Shown: piece by piece, positions 46,789 to 55,973 of the stretch | How the letters are laid out: each line of letters opens with the position of its first letter | Position numbering within the stretch: the stretch's first letter is position 1 | Source of the DNA: Candidatus Woesearchaeota archaeon | GTDB taxonomy: Archaea > Nanobdellota > Nanobdellia > Woesearchaeales > JAHWHD01 | DNA length: 64,000 bases | NCBI GenBank assembly: GCA_019323515.1 | Contig: JAHWHG010000003.1 | Span: forward strand, 31,873-95,872 | Direction: 5' to 3' | The notes under the pieces: model-generated | What the model saw: the letters and a program-made list of their open reading frames with translations, nothing else | Databases searched by the model: none | Told to the model about the DNA's origin: nothing | Position numbers and translations under genes: made by a program

Positions 46789-48017
46789 GGATTTCTGGTA
46801 AGATTGTTAATCATGATGAATTTTTTGTTGGTACAATTGAAATTGATGAGGAAAATGGATTGATAACAAAGGTTAAAAGGTGCAAGAGCAATAAAGCGTT
46901 TTATAAATATTTTGATCCTAATATCTATATCTTTCCAGGTTTTGTTGATATACATGTACATGCAAGGGAAGATATTTCTGGTAAGAATAAGCATAAAGAG
47001 GATTTCCAGAGTTGTAGCAGAGCAGCAATAAATGGTGGTGTTACAGCAATAGCTGATATGCCTAATAATCCAATACCTCCAGTTGATGATGAAAGTTATC
47101 TTGCGAAAAAGGAAATTGCTGAAAGGAATTCTTTGGTGCCTGTCTTGTTATATGCTGGGATTGGTCCTGATACTATGCCACTAAGCTTTGATGTTCCTTA
47201 TAAATTGTATTTTGCGCCAAGTACTGAATCTCTTAATTTTGATAATTATAGGGTTATGGAGAGAAGGTTGAAGCTCTATACAGGAAAGCAGGTGAGTTTT
47301 CATTGTGAAGACCCTGAAGTCATGAGGGCTAGCAGTCATATGGTTCAGCATGAAGATAAGAGGCCTGAGGTTTGTGAAGTGATAGCCATTGAAAGGGCTA
47401 TTGATTATATCCGAAAGTTTAAGTTAGACGGGGTCATCTGTCATGTCTCAACTAAAAGAGGATTGGAGAGTATTGTCAAAGCAAAGCTGGGTGTTATTAA
47501 TCTTAGTTGCGAGGTTGCACCACATTATCTTTATTTTGATGTGTGGAACAAATCTGATTGTAAGTATCCTAAATGGATAAAGATGAATCCTCCTGCAAGG
47601 TCTGTAAGTGATAGACAATTCATCTTGAAATCATTTAATCTCTTTGATTTTCTTGCATCTGATCATGCGCCGCATAGTAAAGTTGACAAGGAATGTGATG
47701 AACCTTCTGGTCTGCCTGGTCTTGATACTTATTCTAATCTTGTGGCTTGGCTACATGTTGAGAAAGGTATTAATGTTAAAACATTGTCAAGGGTGTGTTC
47801 ATATAATCCAGGAAGGTTTGTGTCAAGGTTTATGAACGAGAGGTTTGGAAGGGTTGAAGAAGGTTATGCAGCTAACCTGACTGTTTTGAACTTTGGCGAG
47901 ACTACAAGAATAACAAACTCTTACTTGAGAACTAAGTGTGCTTGGAGCCCTTGGGAGGATATGGAGTTACCAGGCAAAGTTGTGAATGTGTTTGTTAAAG
48001 GAAAGAAGATGAAGTAA
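46785..48017 (+). CDS. pyrC: Dihydroorotase.
   Basis: FVDIHVHAREDISGKNKHKEDFQSCSRAAINGGVTAIADMPNN (HxH motif) is present. DHAPH lies later. It sits in pyr operon context. Confidence 0.8.
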   Translation: MRISGKIVNHDEFFVGTIEIDEENGLITKVKRCKSNKAFYKYFDPNIYIFPGFVDIHVHAREDISGKNKHKEDFQSCSRAAINGGVTAIADMPNNPIPPVDDESYLAKKEIAERNSLVPVLLYAGIGPDTMPLSFDVPYKLYFAPSTESLNFDNYRVMERRLKLYTGKQVSFHCEDPEVMRASSHMVQHEDKRPEVCEVIAIERAIDYIRKFKLDGVICHVSTKRGLESIVKAKLGVINLSCEVAPHYLYFDVWNKSDCKYPKWIKMNPPARSVSDRQFILKSFNLFDFLASDHAPHSKVDKECDEPSGLPGLDTYSNLVAWLHVEKGINVKTLSRVCSYNPGRFVSRFMNERFGRVEEGYAANLTVLNFGETTRITNSYLRTKCAWSPWEDMELPGKVVNVFVKGKKMK

Positions 48018-48033
48018 TTTGGCTTATCAGTTT

Positions 48034-49710
48034 TTATTCTATTCTCTTTTTAGATGTAAGTATTCCTATTGCAAGCGTTATGATTGCATATAAAGCAAGG
48101 ATTATCACTGGTTTAGCAATCTCTGCTAAAGGTGTTGCTTTTATCATGATTTCTCTTAGAGCTACATTTGAATAGAACATTGGACTTAGATAAGCAACGT
48201 ATTGCATAAATCTTGGCATTACTTCAATTGGTGAGAATGTCTGTGAGATTAGGACTGAAGGTATTACTATAAGCGGAACTAACATCACTGCCTGGCGCAT
48301 GGTTCTTACAAGTGAAGAGATTAATAATCCAAGGCCTATGCTTGCTGCCATTAGCAGAAGTAAAACTAATCCAGCTGCTAGAAGTGATCCAGCTACTTTT
48401 ACCTTGAACAATAAAGTTGCAAGGAGTAATACATAAATAACTTCAATTATGCCAAGTATTAGGAAGACAAGGAACTTTCCACCAAAGAGTTCTATTTTCT
48501 TTAAAGGAGTGGTAGAGACCCTGAAGAGAGTCTTTGTATTTCTTTCGTCAACTATATTGATAGTTGTTAGCATGACACCTATAAAGAAGAGTACTAAAGT
48601 CATAATTGCAGGGGTAAGGTATTCGAAGTATGAAATCTCTCCGAATAGGTACTCTCTTTCAATGTCAAGCGGGTGTGAAAGAAACTCTTTCTTCAGGGTC
48701 TTTAGTTCTAAGTAAATAACATCAATTCTTTCCTGAACTTCATAGTAAGTGTCTTCAAGTTCATGCGCTGTGATGTTTATTTCTTGAGCAATAACCTCAT
48801 TTTCATTTAATTTAACATTAAAATCATCCATGTTATAATACTCATTTGATAAAGGGATTTTTGATAAGGGTTTTAGTCTGTTTACCTCTTCAATTGAGTC
48901 TTCAATCTCTTTTTTTGAGTTTGAGACCTCTTTTAAGATAGGATCAATGTATATAGAAAGATTAGCCTCAATTACTTTTATTTGGTTCAATGCAGTGCTC
49001 AAGTCGTCAAATGTGTCCAGTGATTTTTCCATATCAACTTTGATTGATTCTACATCTGAGTTAAGTTGTTCAGCTTCCCTTCTTGAGCTGTCAAGTTTTG
49101 TTTCGGTATCAGTTATTAAGTCTCTGGTTTCATCAAACTTGTTAGTAAGGTTTGTAACTTTCTCAAGTGTTGTTTGTGAGCTTTCTTCTGCCTTGTCAAT
49201 CAAAGCCTGTATCTCATCAATATTGTCTTGTTTTTTTGAGCGTTCTTCTTCAAGATCATGCACAATGAATTGGATAATCTCGTGAAGTGAATCTTTTATA
49301 ACTCCTGCTGATGCGCCTTTTAAGAAGTTGTAGATTGCATAATCTGAACTATCTAAGTATAAGTGGATGTCTGCTTTTGTTGCGTTGTCAAGTGTTGCCT
49401 GAAAGTCTTCAGGAATCAGGAAGACAGCTCTTACATCACTTTTCCTAAGTAACTCGTTGGCTTCCTCGAGACTTCCTGTAAAAGGAATTCTATTGAAATA
49501 TTCACTATCATCAATTGCATCTATAATTGTTTGAGAGTATAAAGTAAGGTCCTTGTCAATCACTATTGTGTTTAGGTCAGTGATATTAGCTTGGAATGCA
49601 TATCCAAAGACTAACATAAGGATTAGAGGTTCAAGTATCATAGTCAGGATGTATCCTTTATCTCGCATATACTGCTTATACTCTTTTTTTATTACTTTTA
49701 GAATCCTCAT
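48034..49710 (-). CDS. ABC-2 family transporter permease with a large extracellular coiled-coil domain.
   Basis: It has an N-terminal TM, an extracytoplasmic domain of about 300 aa rich in E/K/D, and 5 C-terminal TM helices. Its 5' end overlaps the ATPase gene. Confidence 0.6.
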   Translation of the reverse strand: MRILKVIKKEYKQYMRDKGYILTMILEPLILMLVFGYAFQANITDLNTIVIDKDLTLYSQTIIDAIDDSEYFNRIPFTGSLEEANELLRKSDVRAVFLIPEDFQATLDNATKADIHLYLDSSDYAIYNFLKGASAGVIKDSLHEIIQFIVHDLEEERSKKQDNIDEIQALIDKAEESSQTTLEKVTNLTNKFDETRDLITDTETKLDSSRREAEQLNSDVESIKVDMEKSLDTFDDLSTALNQIKVIEANLSIYIDPILKEVSNSKKEIEDSIEEVNRLKPLSKIPLSNEYYNMDDFNVKLNENEVIAQEINITAHELEDTYYEVQERIDVIYLELKTLKKEFLSHPLDIEREYLFGEISYFEYLTPAIMTLVLFFIGVMLTTINIVDERNTKTLFRVSTTPLKKIELFGGKFLVFLILGIIEVIYVLLLATLLFKVKVAGSLLAAGLVLLLLMAASIGLGLLISSLVRTMRQAVMLVPLIVIPSVLISQTFSPIEVMPRFMQYVAYLSPMFYSNVALREIMIKATPLAEIAKPVIILALYAIITLAIGILTSKKRIE

Positions 49711-50638
49711 TATCCATCACATGTTTTAGAATCGTCCTAAGGTCTGGTTTTACTATGTCAATGTTTTTGACATGGTTCTTTAGATAGTTCAATGAATCCA
49801 TTACTTGCACAATTGTTGTGCCGATGTCTTTGCTTGTGAATGAGAGAGTTGTTCCTCTATGTTTAAGGTTATGAATCTTGAATCCTGATTTCTTGAGGCG
49901 TTTTTCTACCTTTACTGCATCTATGCTTGTCTTAAATTCAATATGAATATCTTCTCCTAGATTTTTTGAGTATTGTTTGACAATGCCTTTAGGTGTTCCT
50001 TCAAGGATTTTCTTGCCTTTATCCATAAAGACAATGTAATCACATACAGATTCTGCTTCTTTTATTGAGTGTGTTGTGAAAATAACTGTCATGTCTTTGA
50101 TAGATCGAATGAATTTCATGATGATTGAGTTAGTGCGCATGTCAATTCCTGTAAGGGGTTCGTCGAGGAAAAGCACTTTTGGTTTGGATACCAAAGCGCA
50201 GGCAATTGAGCATCTTTTCTTATAACCTCCAGAGAGTGTAGCTACAATTTGATCAGCTTTGTCTTTTATTTGGAATATCTTAAGCATCTTGTTGATGCTT
50301 TTCTTTAACTTTTCTTCATCTTCTATGAACATCCCTCCAAAGAATTCAATGTTTTCATAGACTGTCAATTCTTCGTATAATGACATTGCTTGAGGAACAA
50401 GCGCGATGTTCTGTCTTATCTTTTCAATCTCCTTTGCAGTGTTCATGTTCAGGACTTTTATTGAGCCTTTTGTAGGGAGAAGAAGTCCAGTTATCATGTT
50501 TATTGTTGTAGTTTTACCTGCTCCATTTGATCCTAATAATCCAAAAATCTTATTCTTAGGTATAGAGAATGAGAGTTTATCTACAGCTGTGTAATCCCCG
50601 AATTTCTTAGTTATATTTCTAACTATTATTGCGTCCAA
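49676..50638 (-). CDS. ABC transporter ATP-binding protein.
   Basis: Walker A is GLLGSNGAGKTT, the signature is LSGGYKKR and Walker B is LFLDEP. Confidence 0.85.
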   Translation of the reverse strand: MDAIIVRNITKKFGDYTAVDKLSFSIPKNKIFGLLGSNGAGKTTTINMITGLLLPTKGSIKVLNMNTAKEIEKIRQNIALVPQAMSLYEELTVYENIEFFGGMFIEDEEKLKKSINKMLKIFQIKDKADQIVATLSGGYKKRCSIACALVSKPKVLFLDEPLTGIDMRTNSIIMKFIRSIKDMTVIFTTHSIKEAESVCDYIVFMDKGKKILEGTPKGIVKQYSKNLGEDIHIEFKTSIDAVKVEKRLKKSGFKIHNLKHRGTTLSFTSKDIGTTIVQVMDSLNYLKNHVKNIDIVKPDLRTILKHVMDNEDSKSNKKRV

Positions 50639-50726
50639 GTTACCTTACCCCTTTTTAGTATGTTAAATATATGTTTGATTATAAACTTTTTGGAAAATAA
50701 AGGGTTTTTAACATTTAAAAATAGAA

Positions 50727-50931
50727 TGCGGAGGTAGGGACTTTCACAGCTGAGCTGTTCGGTCGTTTGACCTTACGCTCAAACTATTTGAACCCCAGTA
50801 GGCACTAAGCCAACAGATGGCTCACGAGTTCTTCATCAGCATAAGCCTCAGCACTCAACAGTCTTGAGTATGGACTTTTAGTACCTAATGCACTTAAAAA
50901 CTGTCCCGTTTGACCGCTCCGGCACCTCCGC
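50727..50931 (-). tRNA. Candidate intron-containing tRNA, most consistent with tRNA-Leu(UAA) carrying up to three introns. An alternative is another structured ncRNA.
   Basis: It is a 205-nt GC-rich island in AT-rich intergenic DNA. On the minus strand the acceptor pair is GCGGAGG/CCTCCGC plus discriminator A. U8 and G9 are present. The D-arm CCGG-AGCGGTCAAA-CGGG has A14, R15, Y16 and G18G19. The anticodon stem is CAGTT/GACTG. The loop TTTAAG|A is interrupted exactly at 37/38 by a 28-nt insert, giving anticodon TAA with G37. A TGGGG-TTCAAAT T-arm 5' half has its partner CCCTA displaced about 46 nt, abutting the acceptor 3' strand. Confidence 0.5.
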
Positions 50932-51021
50932 AATGAGCTTGGGACATTTTTGTGAATAAGTAGGCTATATATAAATTTAATTGTTGAAGATACTTAGAAT
51001 TAATTTAAATGTAAAAAAAGA

Positions 51022-51462
51022 TTAAACTAGTTTACCTAGTTTGTTTTCAATATTTGCAAGTTCTGCTTCAAGCTTTTCAAGTTCGCTGGTAGCTCTTGGT
51101 TTTGGCATTACCAAGGGTTTTTCAATGACTTGAGCTTTTTTGATTTCTGTTTTTTGTTTATTTGCAGATTTCTTCTTGAGCATATTCACCTTTTCTTTAT
51201 TTGCCTTAATCCTTAATTCAGTTTCTGGAAGCAATTGTTTGAGTTTATTTGCTAGTTTTTTAATCTCAGAGATTATTTCTTTTAGGTTTTGAACTTCATC
51301 AATCTTTTCTTTTCTTACTTCCTTGAAACGTTCATACCTTTGCATGGCATGGACCATCTCTTTTGATGATTCTAAAAGAGTCCTTCGTATCTCTATTGGA
51401 TCCTTTACGCCCACATAAAAAATCTCTTTCTTTGTTTCTTTTTTTGCTGCCAATTCTATCAC
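51022..51462 (-). CDS. Small coiled-coil protein of 146 aa.
   Basis: It is a K/E-rich heptad sequence. It is the third of three consecutive small coiled-coil ORFs. Confidence 0.35.
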   Translation of the reverse strand: MIELAAKKETKKEIFYVGVKDPIEIRRTLLESSKEMVHAMQRYERFKEVRKEKIDEVQNLKEIISEIKKLANKLKQLLPETELRIKANKEKVNMLKKKSANKQKTEIKKAQVIEKPLVMPKPRATSELEKLEAELANIENKLGKLV

Positions 51463-51711
51463 CTAAAGTGTTTCAGGTTCAAATAAAGTCTTATCTACAA
51501 ATTCGATTCTTCTCTCAACTTCATCTAAGCCCGTGTGCCAGAGTTCGAGCTCTGCGTCTTCTTCATTTTTTAGGTCGTTTATTTTGCCAAGAATGCTTCT
51601 TGCTTCATTTAGTTTTGACTTGATCATATTCATTATATCAAGTACATCCTTATACTCTTCAATCCTTACAAAGATTGGCATTGTTTCGCGAGTTTCGTCC
51701 ATGATTATCAC
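51463..51711 (-). CDS. Small coiled-coil protein of 82 aa, paralogous to the 51721 ORF.
   Basis: The C-terminus ELELWHTGLDEVERRIEFVDKTLF parallels EFDKWRRTIEDVQRKLIFADKILF in the neighbouring gene. Confidence 0.35.
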   Translation of the reverse strand: MIIMDETRETMPIFVRIEEYKDVLDIMNMIKSKLNEARSILGKINDLKNEEDAELELWHTGLDEVERRIEFVDKTLFEPETL

Positions 51712-51720
51712 CCTTTTTAA

Positions 51721-52149
51721 TTACCTTCCAAATAATATTTTATCTGCAAAAATAAGTTTTCTTTGAACATCTTCAATTGTTCTCCGCCACTTGTCGAATT
51801 CCTTATCTTTTGCGATGTTCATCTCTGCCATATTTGACAAGTTTTCGTTCATGTTCTTTACGTCCCTTCTAACTGTGCCTATCTCGTCAACCATAGCTTT
51901 AAATGAATCCAGTTCAATAAATAATGGTTTATCAAGGCTTAAATGTTCTCGTTCTTCTAGCTGACTTTGTTCCTTTTTTACAGCCTTTGCCTCAAATGAT
52001 TCGATGAATGAAGGCTTTGAGATTTCTTTCTCTTCAGTAAATTCTGGTAATTCTTCAGGAACTTCACGCATAGAAGGCGGAGCAGTAGGAACTTCAAGAT
52101 TCTTCTTACTCTTTGATTTAAATAAATCTAACAAACCCATAACAACCAC
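51721..52149 (-). CDS. Small coiled-coil protein of 142 aa, paralog of the 51463 ORF.
   Basis: It shares the W..T.EDV.R...F.DK.LF C-terminal motif. The N-terminal half is acidic. Confidence 0.35.
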   Translation of the reverse strand: MVVMGLLDLFKSKSKKNLEVPTAPPSMREVPEELPEFTEEKEISKPSFIESFEAKAVKKEQSQLEEREHLSLDKPLFIELDSFKAMVDEIGTVRRDVKNMNENLSNMAEMNIAKDKEFDKWRRTIEDVQRKLIFADKILFGR

Positions 52150-52276
52150 ACCTCCTTTTTAGTAGTATTTTAAGATAAAATGGTTATAAACTTTTCTTAC
52201 TACTGTTGAAAGGTAATGGGTTATGTTAAATCCTTTTAAGCATAATTTAATATATTATTTCAAATTAGATTCACTT

Positions 52277-53290
52277 ATGAAAAAGCTAAAGGAAGCTATG
52301 TACTATAAGAAACTTAAAAACAAAATAGTCCAGTGTCAGTTGTGTCCGCATTTCTGTGTGTTAAAAGATAAACAGAGAGGTAAGTGTAAGGCAAGGCAGA
52401 ATAAAGATGGTAAACTATATTCGTTAGTCTATGCAACCCCTTGTTCCTATGCAATTGATCCAGTTGAGAAAAAACCTTTGTTTCATTTTTTGCCAGGTTC
52501 TAAGATTTATTCAATTGGTGTAGCTGGTTGTAACCTTGCTTGTAAGTTCTGTCAGAATTGGACAATTTCACAGACAGGACCTGAGGGTATTGCAAGTTTA
52601 GATCTCCCTCCTGCAAAGATTGTTAATGAAGCTGTTAAGAATAAATGTGAAGGGATTGCATATACTTATACAGAACCGACGATTGCTTTTGAATATGTCC
52701 TTGATACTGCTAAACTCGCAAGAAAAAAAGGACTTAAAAATATCATGGTTACAAATGGTTTTATTAATCCAGAGCCAATTAAGGAATTATATCCTTACAT
52801 TGATGCTGCTAATGTTGATTTGAAGGGTTTTACTGAAAAATTTTATTCTGAAATAACTGGTGCAAAACTTAAGCCAGTCTTAGATGCTTTGAAATCTATT
52901 AAGATTCAGGGTACATTTATTGAGATAACAAACCTTATGATTCCAACGCTTAATGATGATATGAAGATGGTTGAAAAGATGTGTAAATGGATAAAGCAGA
53001 ACCTTGGTGATGAAACTCCTTTGCATTTTTCAAGGTTTTTCCCTGATTATCTGTTAGAGCATCTTCCTCCAACACCTGTTGAAACTTTGGAACAGGCTTA
53101 TAACATCGCGAAAAGGACAGGTTTGAAGTTTGTATATCTGGGAAATCTTTATGTTGATAAGGAGGATGATACTATATGTCCAAAGTGTAAAAATGTTTTG
53201 ATTAAGCGTGAAGGTTTTGTTGTTGCTGAGAATAGTATCAAGAAAGGGCATTGTAATTGTGGCTATACTGTGCCGGGTGTTTGGAAATAA
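52277..53290 (+). CDS. AmmeMemoRadiSam-system radical SAM enzyme (pyruvate-formate-lyase-activase-like).
   Basis: An N-terminal CQLCPHFC precedes the CNLACKFCQNW CxxxCxxC radical SAM motif. The ORF track begins at 52223. Confidence 0.65.
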   Translation: MKKLKEAMYYKKLKNKIVQCQLCPHFCVLKDKQRGKCKARQNKDGKLYSLVYATPCSYAIDPVEKKPLFHFLPGSKIYSIGVAGCNLACKFCQNWTISQTGPEGIASLDLPPAKIVNEAVKNKCEGIAYTYTEPTIAFEYVLDTAKLARKKGLKNIMVTNGFINPEPIKELYPYIDAANVDLKGFTEKFYSEITGAKLKPVLDALKSIKIQGTFIEITNLMIPTLNDDMKMVEKMCKWIKQNLGDETPLHFSRFFPDYLLEHLPPTPVETLEQAYNIAKRTGLKFVYLGNLYVDKEDDTICPKCKNVLIKREGFVVAENSIKKGHCNCGYTVPGVWK

Positions 53291-55656
53291 AAAATATTTG
53301 GAATTTATCTGTTAGAATCTTTTGCTGTTTTTTCTTATTAGTCATATTTTCTTTTTTTGTTTCTGCTGTTAATATTAATGAAATCATGTATAACCCAACT
53401 GGAAGTGATAATAATAGAGAGTTTATTGAAATTTATGGTATTAATGATTTGGCGGGTTGGATTATTGGTGATAGTTCTTCTAATGATTCTTTAGAATTGT
53501 TGTTTGATGGTTCTTCTTTTGAATCTGAGTACGTTTTAATTGTTGAGGAAGGTTTCAATTATTCAAATATCAATTGCAGTGTTTATTCTGTTGGCACTAC
53601 TATTGGTGACAATCTTAATAATGATGGTGACAAAATATTTTTATATAATGATGAAGCTGTACTAATTGATTCTGTTGAATATGAAGATACTTATGCTGAT
53701 GATAATGGGAAATCACTTGAATTCATAAATGGTTCATGGCTGGAATCTTCTTCTATTGGTGGTTCTCCTGGTTATGTTAATGGTGGAGGCGGTGATTCTG
53801 ATGCTCTGTTATTTCAAGATTTAAGCATTGAACAATATCTTAATGATCCTGTTTATCTTGGTTTAAGTTATGATAGCTTATTTAAGATTAAGAATATAAA
53901 TTACGAATTGGGTAAGGTTTATGATGTTAATGTTGTTTTTAACATAACTAAAGATGCTTTATTAGTTTATGAGGGTTCTTTCTTACTCGAAGAGATTAAT
54001 CAGTATAAGACAGCGGGCACAGGTCTATTTGATGTACAAGATGCTGGTGAATTTCTTATCTGTGGTTTTATCCAGAGTTCTAGTGCAAATGATACTAATA
54101 TTGATAATAATGTTATCTGTTTTAATGTTACTTCTATAGACCCTAGCACTATCCCTTGTAACATCAGTTTAAATTTAAGTCTAGAAAGGCAGGTATTTGA
54201 AAATGGGGAAAAGGTTGAGTTCTATAACCTTTTGAACAATGAGACTTTTAGTTATCTTATTGAGTATTGGATAGAGGATTTGTTTGGTGATATAAGAAAG
54301 AGCCGGTATAATACTTCGAATACAAATAAGAAAAGCTGGACTCCTAATATTGATGAGAAAGATGAAGGATTCTTGTTAAAGTCCAGGATTGCTTATGTTG
54401 CTTGCAACGATGAAAATATTAATGATAACTATGATGAGAAGTTGTTTATTGTTAGGAATAATGGATTCTCTTTAGTTACTTCTGAAGATAGTGAGGGGAA
54501 TCCTAATAGTAGTATTGTTATAGATAATATCTATCTCGGTTCTGATAACAAAACTAAGTTTGGACAGACATTTCGTGTTAAATTAGATATCCATAAAGGC
54601 AATGATACAAAGGATTCTGTTAAAGTTTGGGTTGAGAACGATGATGGGAATAGAATTAGTGCTCAGACAACCAGTATGCTTCTTTATTCAACTTATACTG
54701 ATTATATTCTGGCAGTGCCTGTGCAGATGAAGCCTAACTGTAATGAGGAATTTGATGATGGTATTTATCATCTTATTGTAGAAGGTCTTGATATTAGGCA
54801 GCAACAAGATTTTTATGTTGAGGGAATTGATACTAGTATGTGTATTGAACTCAATGATTGTGAATGTGATGATGAGGATGATTCTAGTAGCGGTGTTGAT
54901 TATTCATTTAATTCAATGCCGCTTGCAGTTGATGTAGGAAATGATTTTTTGGTTTCTGTTAAGATTGAGAATAATGATGATGAGTCACATGAATTTCAAG
55001 TATATGGTTATGTTTATAGAGGAAGCAAGGCTTATACTGAACGAGAAATTAATATGAAGAAAGTTTATGTTCCTAGGAAGAGTGATGTGATCATTGAATT
55101 GAACAATCTAATTGAAGAAGCTGAGGCTGGTGATTATAAGTATAAGGTTAAGATTAGAAAGGATGAGCAAAAGACTCAGAAGGAATTGACTTCTAATATT
55201 GTTGTTCTGGGTAGACCGCACATTGAAAAATTTTACACTAGGTCTACAAAACCCACGGATGAAATAAATCTCTATGCTAATATTGTAGGTGGAGATAAGG
55301 TTATTCTTGAGACATTTCATGAAAGTATTGAAAAGGAGGTTGATGAAGATTTGAAGTTCCCCGTAAAGGTTTTTAATGGCAGAAATGTTTTTTTCTTGAA
55401 GTTAATTAAGAATAATAAAGTAGTTGATTTTAAGGATTTAGTTATAGAGGTTGAGAATGGTATGGTTTATTCTCTTGATGAGGCAGTTGAAGTGTACTCT
55501 GATGATATATTAGATAATTTTGATAGTCCGCTTGAGTCTGGTAAAGATGTTATTGTTTATCAATCAAGTAGCAGGAAGGCATTTAATCTTGTCCCTTATT
55601 TTACAATGTTTTCTTGTATTTTGATTTGCGTAGTTGTTGTTGTGTGGAAGTTTTAG
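53257..55656 (+). CDS. Surface protein of 799 aa with an N-terminal lamin-tail domain and a C-terminal TM anchor.
   Basis: After a signal or TM segment, VNINEIMYNPTGSDNNREFIEIYGINDLAGWIIGDSS...VLIDSVEYED...SIGGSPGYVNGG matches the LTD consensus. The protein is Asn/Asp-rich. It ends in LVPYFTMFSCILICVVVVVWKF. The true start may be an internal TTG at about 53281. Confidence 0.5.
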   Translation: MWLYCAGCLEIKNIWNLSVRIFCCFFLLVIFSFFVSAVNINEIMYNPTGSDNNREFIEIYGINDLAGWIIGDSSSNDSLELLFDGSSFESEYVLIVEEGFNYSNINCSVYSVGTTIGDNLNNDGDKIFLYNDEAVLIDSVEYEDTYADDNGKSLEFINGSWLESSSIGGSPGYVNGGGGDSDALLFQDLSIEQYLNDPVYLGLSYDSLFKIKNINYELGKVYDVNVVFNITKDALLVYEGSFLLEEINQYKTAGTGLFDVQDAGEFLICGFIQSSSANDTNIDNNVICFNVTSIDPSTIPCNISLNLSLERQVFENGEKVEFYNLLNNETFSYLIEYWIEDLFGDIRKSRYNTSNTNKKSWTPNIDEKDEGFLLKSRIAYVACNDENINDNYDEKLFIVRNNGFSLVTSEDSEGNPNSSIVIDNIYLGSDNKTKFGQTFRVKLDIHKGNDTKDSVKVWVENDDGNRISAQTTSMLLYSTYTDYILAVPVQMKPNCNEEFDDGIYHLIVEGLDIRQQQDFYVEGIDTSMCIELNDCECDDEDDSSSGVDYSFNSMPLAVDVGNDFLVSVKIENNDDESHEFQVYGYVYRGSKAYTEREINMKKVYVPRKSDVIIELNNLIEEAEAGDYKYKVKIRKDEQKTQKELTSNIVVLGRPHIEKFYTRSTKPTDEINLYANIVGGDKVILETFHESIEKEVDEDLKFPVKVFNGRNVFFLKLIKNNKVVDFKDLVIEVENGMVYSLDEAVEVYSDDILDNFDSPLESGKDVIVYQSSSRKAFNLVPYFTMFSCILICVVVVVWKF

Positions 55657-55714
55657 AGTTTGAATTTAAGGTTTAGCATAAATTATATAAACTATTGCTA
55701 AATTTGTTTTTCCT

Positions 55715-55969
55715 GTGATAATAATGGAAGAAAAAAAAATAACACGGAAGTCTACTTTGGGTGAAGCGATTGTGGCTTGTCCTGAGGCTGGGAAAATCAT
55801 GTTTGAGTATGGTTTGCATTGTATAGGATGCCATATAGCAGCCACTGAAAGCATTGAAGATGGATGTAAAGTGCATGGGTTAAGTGATGAACAGATTGAT
55901 GAGATGGTTGAAAGGATAAATAAAGCGATTGAAAAATCAAGTTCTGATGAAGAAAGTAAGGGGGAATAA
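55715..55969 (+). CDS. DUF1858-like small redox/disulfide domain protein.
   Basis: TLGEAIVACPEAGKIMFEYGLHCIGCH matches the DUF1858 pattern. Confidence 0.4.
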   Translation: MIIMEEKKITRKSTLGEAIVACPEAGKIMFEYGLHCIGCHIAATESIEDGCKVHGLSDEQIDEMVERINKAIEKSSSDEESKGE

Positions 55970-55973
55970 AAAA

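Noticed and set aside
48449-49285. Plus-strand ORFs within the ABC-2 permease gene.
   Set aside because: They are antisense artefacts with Ser-rich low complexity.
50727-50931. Alternative reading of the GC-rich element as SRP (7S) RNA on the plus strand.
   Set aside because: I could not find the helix-8 GNRA or AGCA/GGAA symmetric-loop signature or Alu-domain GNAR loops. At 205 nt it is also short for archaeal SRP RNA. The minus-strand tRNA-like features explain more of the sequence, but the SRP or other ncRNA interpretation is not excluded without a covariance-model search.
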